Made by a program: the position numbers and the translations under genes. A stretch of 64,000 nucleotides of DNA. It comes from Gemmatimonadota bacterium. GTDB lineage: Bacteria > Gemmatimonadota > Gemmatimonadetes > Palauibacterales > KS3-K002. The stretch covers positions 32,001 to 96,000 of the forward strand of contig JBDHJS010000011.1 in the NCBI GenBank assembly GCA_039586795.1, read 5' to 3'. Positions within the stretch are counted from its first letter, which is position 1, and every line of letters starts with the position of its first letter. Below are positions 62,501 through 64,000 of the stretch, piece after piece. The notes beneath the pieces were generated by a model that had not been told where the DNA came from, did no database searches, and saw only the letters and a program-made list of their open reading frames with translations.

Positions 62501-62750
62501 GGATGTCACCGCTGAACGCGCGTGGGCGCTCGAGCTCGACAGTGAAGCACCAGCCGAGACTGCCACCGACACGCTATCTGGAGACCTCGGCGATCTGTTC
62601 TGGGATGCGCTATTTGGTGCATCCTTCTCAGGACCCTCCTACGAAGTGCTGGCCATGCAAGGAAACGCTCTTGCGGTCGCGCTCCCGGCGGGGGATTCCA
62701 CCCGCGTCACGGTATACCGGTTCCCAGACGACCGGTTCTCCTCCCGCTAG
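59589..62750 (+). CDS. M48-family membrane metalloprotease with long membrane and soluble C-terminal extension
   Basis: NAFA, AHEVAH (HExxH), E.ESD, SHP...RL; many TM segments. Confidence 0.82.
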   Translation: MTEIVSFLLALIPAFYIGWLGRGLVRRIDDPAFPEFRLAAGRRLVFVFIICIAASVAANVSYIAAKVGLAVLTSLAADFPARRRIFGETRGLFAYLSQTLRFWIAMLGALLLLAATPLFVGPIQGAAMPVATLVLTISLLWTHFNALLFPKIIGASPLRDRALESGFDSVIARAHCPSPALHVADAPGGHWVNAFALPSLHRPGVLFTAGLLESLTADETRAIFAHEVAHLEQFNRRRLLLRELGLVVLSLSLLGALVAFGADSAVFGTLVWVWPLVVLAFVAAMMSSSQSREHESDLRALELTDTPEPLIAALTKLHDLLRLPRRWREESEGRMSHPSLARRLRAIRDAAAERGLDVERVDDVSDLVVRDTKDPGQVALLAADRLYWFHGVDAEAGLDAAAVLAAAQEYRSIRYADLTDLRLVVAAPDSYRLLAVDSRGAKLELALGVEDVPRVKAMLETVDLQVRSTSLAESKKMVQLSAGQIKDRLLGALISLLALLPPISLPLTLTGLLVLAKPSRVALLAAGAIGFAAGLLGLRAFPGMTLGGDAALIVLVLEALLGMLAIIRSTARHRAQLPEPGKAWRWTLGLLGGLGALYVVGFAGRLDSPLPIMQTHLWARHEFGFILVLFGLAALLFTARDRRLRIPAAMAVVMAAVLVTLGSTWFASQFSDDPLASRPVVLTTEWIGTERVREVALDGYAVELKLSPSGSRFAVRLADWGDEDYWSSDLGYRVELEDGGFAIVNADDLEFLADDRVATLSYSETGELLLETLHLDGSGAAKYKVTLPPIEHPTLRVDPEASAWEVIGTDIYEGRATRVSGKFESVDYVRSDWNLDASEDAYTSDFVVNGGRQALAVRSHFAIGGLGSLALALGPISGYASTSELLTVYQEEHESLALTSLMVWCAEPAALQDDFVCAANDRESRTVIWSIDPNEKRITPIGSVFGHYYQLTSISGDRLLLGGYGSQPMMLDVTAERAWALELDSEAPAETATDTLSGDLGDLFWDALFGASFSGPSYEVLAMQGNALAVALPAGDSTRVTVYRFPDDRFSSR

Positions 62751-63028
62751 GAGACAGCGAGCCCACCCCTCTCTCCGCTTGCCCTCCGCTCTTCGGCCGG
62801 GTAAGATGCCCCGCTGACGAACGACACTCCTTCTCAACTCGCGATCACCTTGGTCAACTTCACGGCATTGGACTGGTTCTGGGCCTGCACCTTCCTGCTG
62901 CCGATGAACACTGGCTTACTTGCCCGCCATCTTGCCCTCTCGCGGCCGGGCAGGATAACATGCCTCGCTGACAGCCTTTTCCAGCCATTAACTCGAAACA
63001 TGGGACTCCGCGGTTTGGGCGGGGTGCG

Positions 63029-64000
63029 ATGAGCGGACAGCCAAGAGTGAGCTCCCGAGAAGCAGCCACATTCTTTCGGGCGTCGGACGAACAGCCGATT
63101 CGTGCCGAGATCTTCGGCATCGAGCGGCTGGAGCAACACGCCGAGAGCCTCGCACGGGCACAGGTAACGACCGGGAAACCAAGCCGCGGAAGGAACTTGC
63201 TCCCCAGGGTCCACGAGAACGGCCGCACGTTGCTGGCTGCGTATCGCAACATCGTCGATGCGGTCCGTGAAAAGAGCGAGATCACCCCGGCCGAGGAGTG
63301 GTTTCTTGACAACTTCCATATCGTCGAAGAGCAGCTGAGGGAGATTCGCGACCATCTTCCGCGCCGCTACTACCGCTTGTTGCCCAAGATCGCCGAGGGT
63401 CATCTCGCGCTCTATCCACGCGTCTACGGCCTGGCCTGGGCCTATGTCGCCCACACCGACAGTCGCTTCGAGTTGGAGACGCTGGAGCACTTCGTGGACG
63501 CCTATCAACGAGTTCAGCCACTCACGATCGGCGAAGTCTGGGCAGTTGCCATCCTGCTTCGCGTCGCACTGGTCGAGAATCTGCGACGCTTAGCACAGCA
63601 GATCATCAGCTCCCGGCAGGCGCGCGCCGCAGCCGACGATCTGGCGGATCGATTCCTCGGACTCGGCGGTCGACCGGTCGAGCAGGCGCATGACATTCTG
63701 GACGGTCTCAGCGACGCTCCTTTGACGGATGCCTTTGCCGTCGAGCTCGTTCAGCGTCTGCGTGACCAGGACCCTTCGGTGATGCCAGCCCTTGACTGGC
63801 TGAACAGGAAGCTGAGTGCGCAGGGAACCTCCGCCGCCGAAATGGTCGCGCGCGAACACCAGGCTCAAGCCGCCGCCAACGCCACCGTTCGAAACATCAT
63901 CGGCAGCATGCGATGGATGTCATCCATCGACTGGCTGGACTTCTTCGAGGACGTCAGCCTGACAGACCGCATCCTGCGCACGGCCCCTGGCTTCGCGGGG
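63029..64000 (+). CDS. ndvB: Cyclic beta-1,2-glucan synthase, N-terminal part (runs off the window edge)
   Basis: Manual translation: PIRAEIFGIERLEQHAESLA, TPAEEWFLDNFHIVEEQLREIR..LP..YY..LP, PRVYGLAW..VAHTDS, LTIGEVWAV...LR..LVENLRR. Confidence 0.88.
   Translation, partial: MSGQPRVSSREAATFFRASDEQPIRAEIFGIERLEQHAESLARAQVTTGKPSRGRNLLPRVHENGRTLLAAYRNIVDAVREKSEITPAEEWFLDNFHIVEEQLREIRDHLPRRYYRLLPKIAEGHLALYPRVYGLAWAYVAHTDSRFELETLEHFVDAYQRVQPLTIGEVWAVAILLRVALVENLRRLAQQIISSRQARAAADDLADRFLGLGGRPVEQAHDILDGLSDAPLTDAFAVELVQRLRDQDPSVMPALDWLNRKLSAQGTSAAEMVAREHQAQAAANATVRNIIGSMRWMSSIDWLDFFEDVSLTDRILRTAPGFAG

Overview
High-GC bacterial chromosomal window with a diderm envelope. The gene mix suggests Gemmatimonadota, but that is inference only. 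From left to right it holds: (1) a clade II N2O-reductase locus (Rrf2 regulator, cytochrome c, nosZ, an unknown 129-aa protein, nosB); (2) an archaeal-type HMG-CoA synthase/thiolase/DUF35 triad; (3) a DUF3604 x2 / HupE-UreJ / PPIase / outer-membrane-barrel module beside a deletion-frameshifted arylsulfatase; (4) hydroxyproline dehydratase HypD with its activase; (5) a roughly 15.5-kb multiheme cytochrome island between an SSS transporter and a GH2 beta-galactosidase; (6) hydrolases, a PilX-like protein, an M48 protease and the start of ndvB. The island is the main finding. It contains two mirror-image five-gene operons (OmcE-like tetraheme, NHL lipoprotein, hexaheme c7 lipoprotein, large beta-barrel, 6/7-heme cytochrome) around an NHL + 14(15)-heme unit, 47 CXXCH motifs in total. 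This looks like a duplicated cytochrome-nanowire export/assembly system. Each unit has a sigma54-like promoter. A terminal hairpin element carries a perfect 23-nt antisense copy of the RBS and start codon of one OmcE-like gene. All family assignments are from motif reading and recall, with no database searches.
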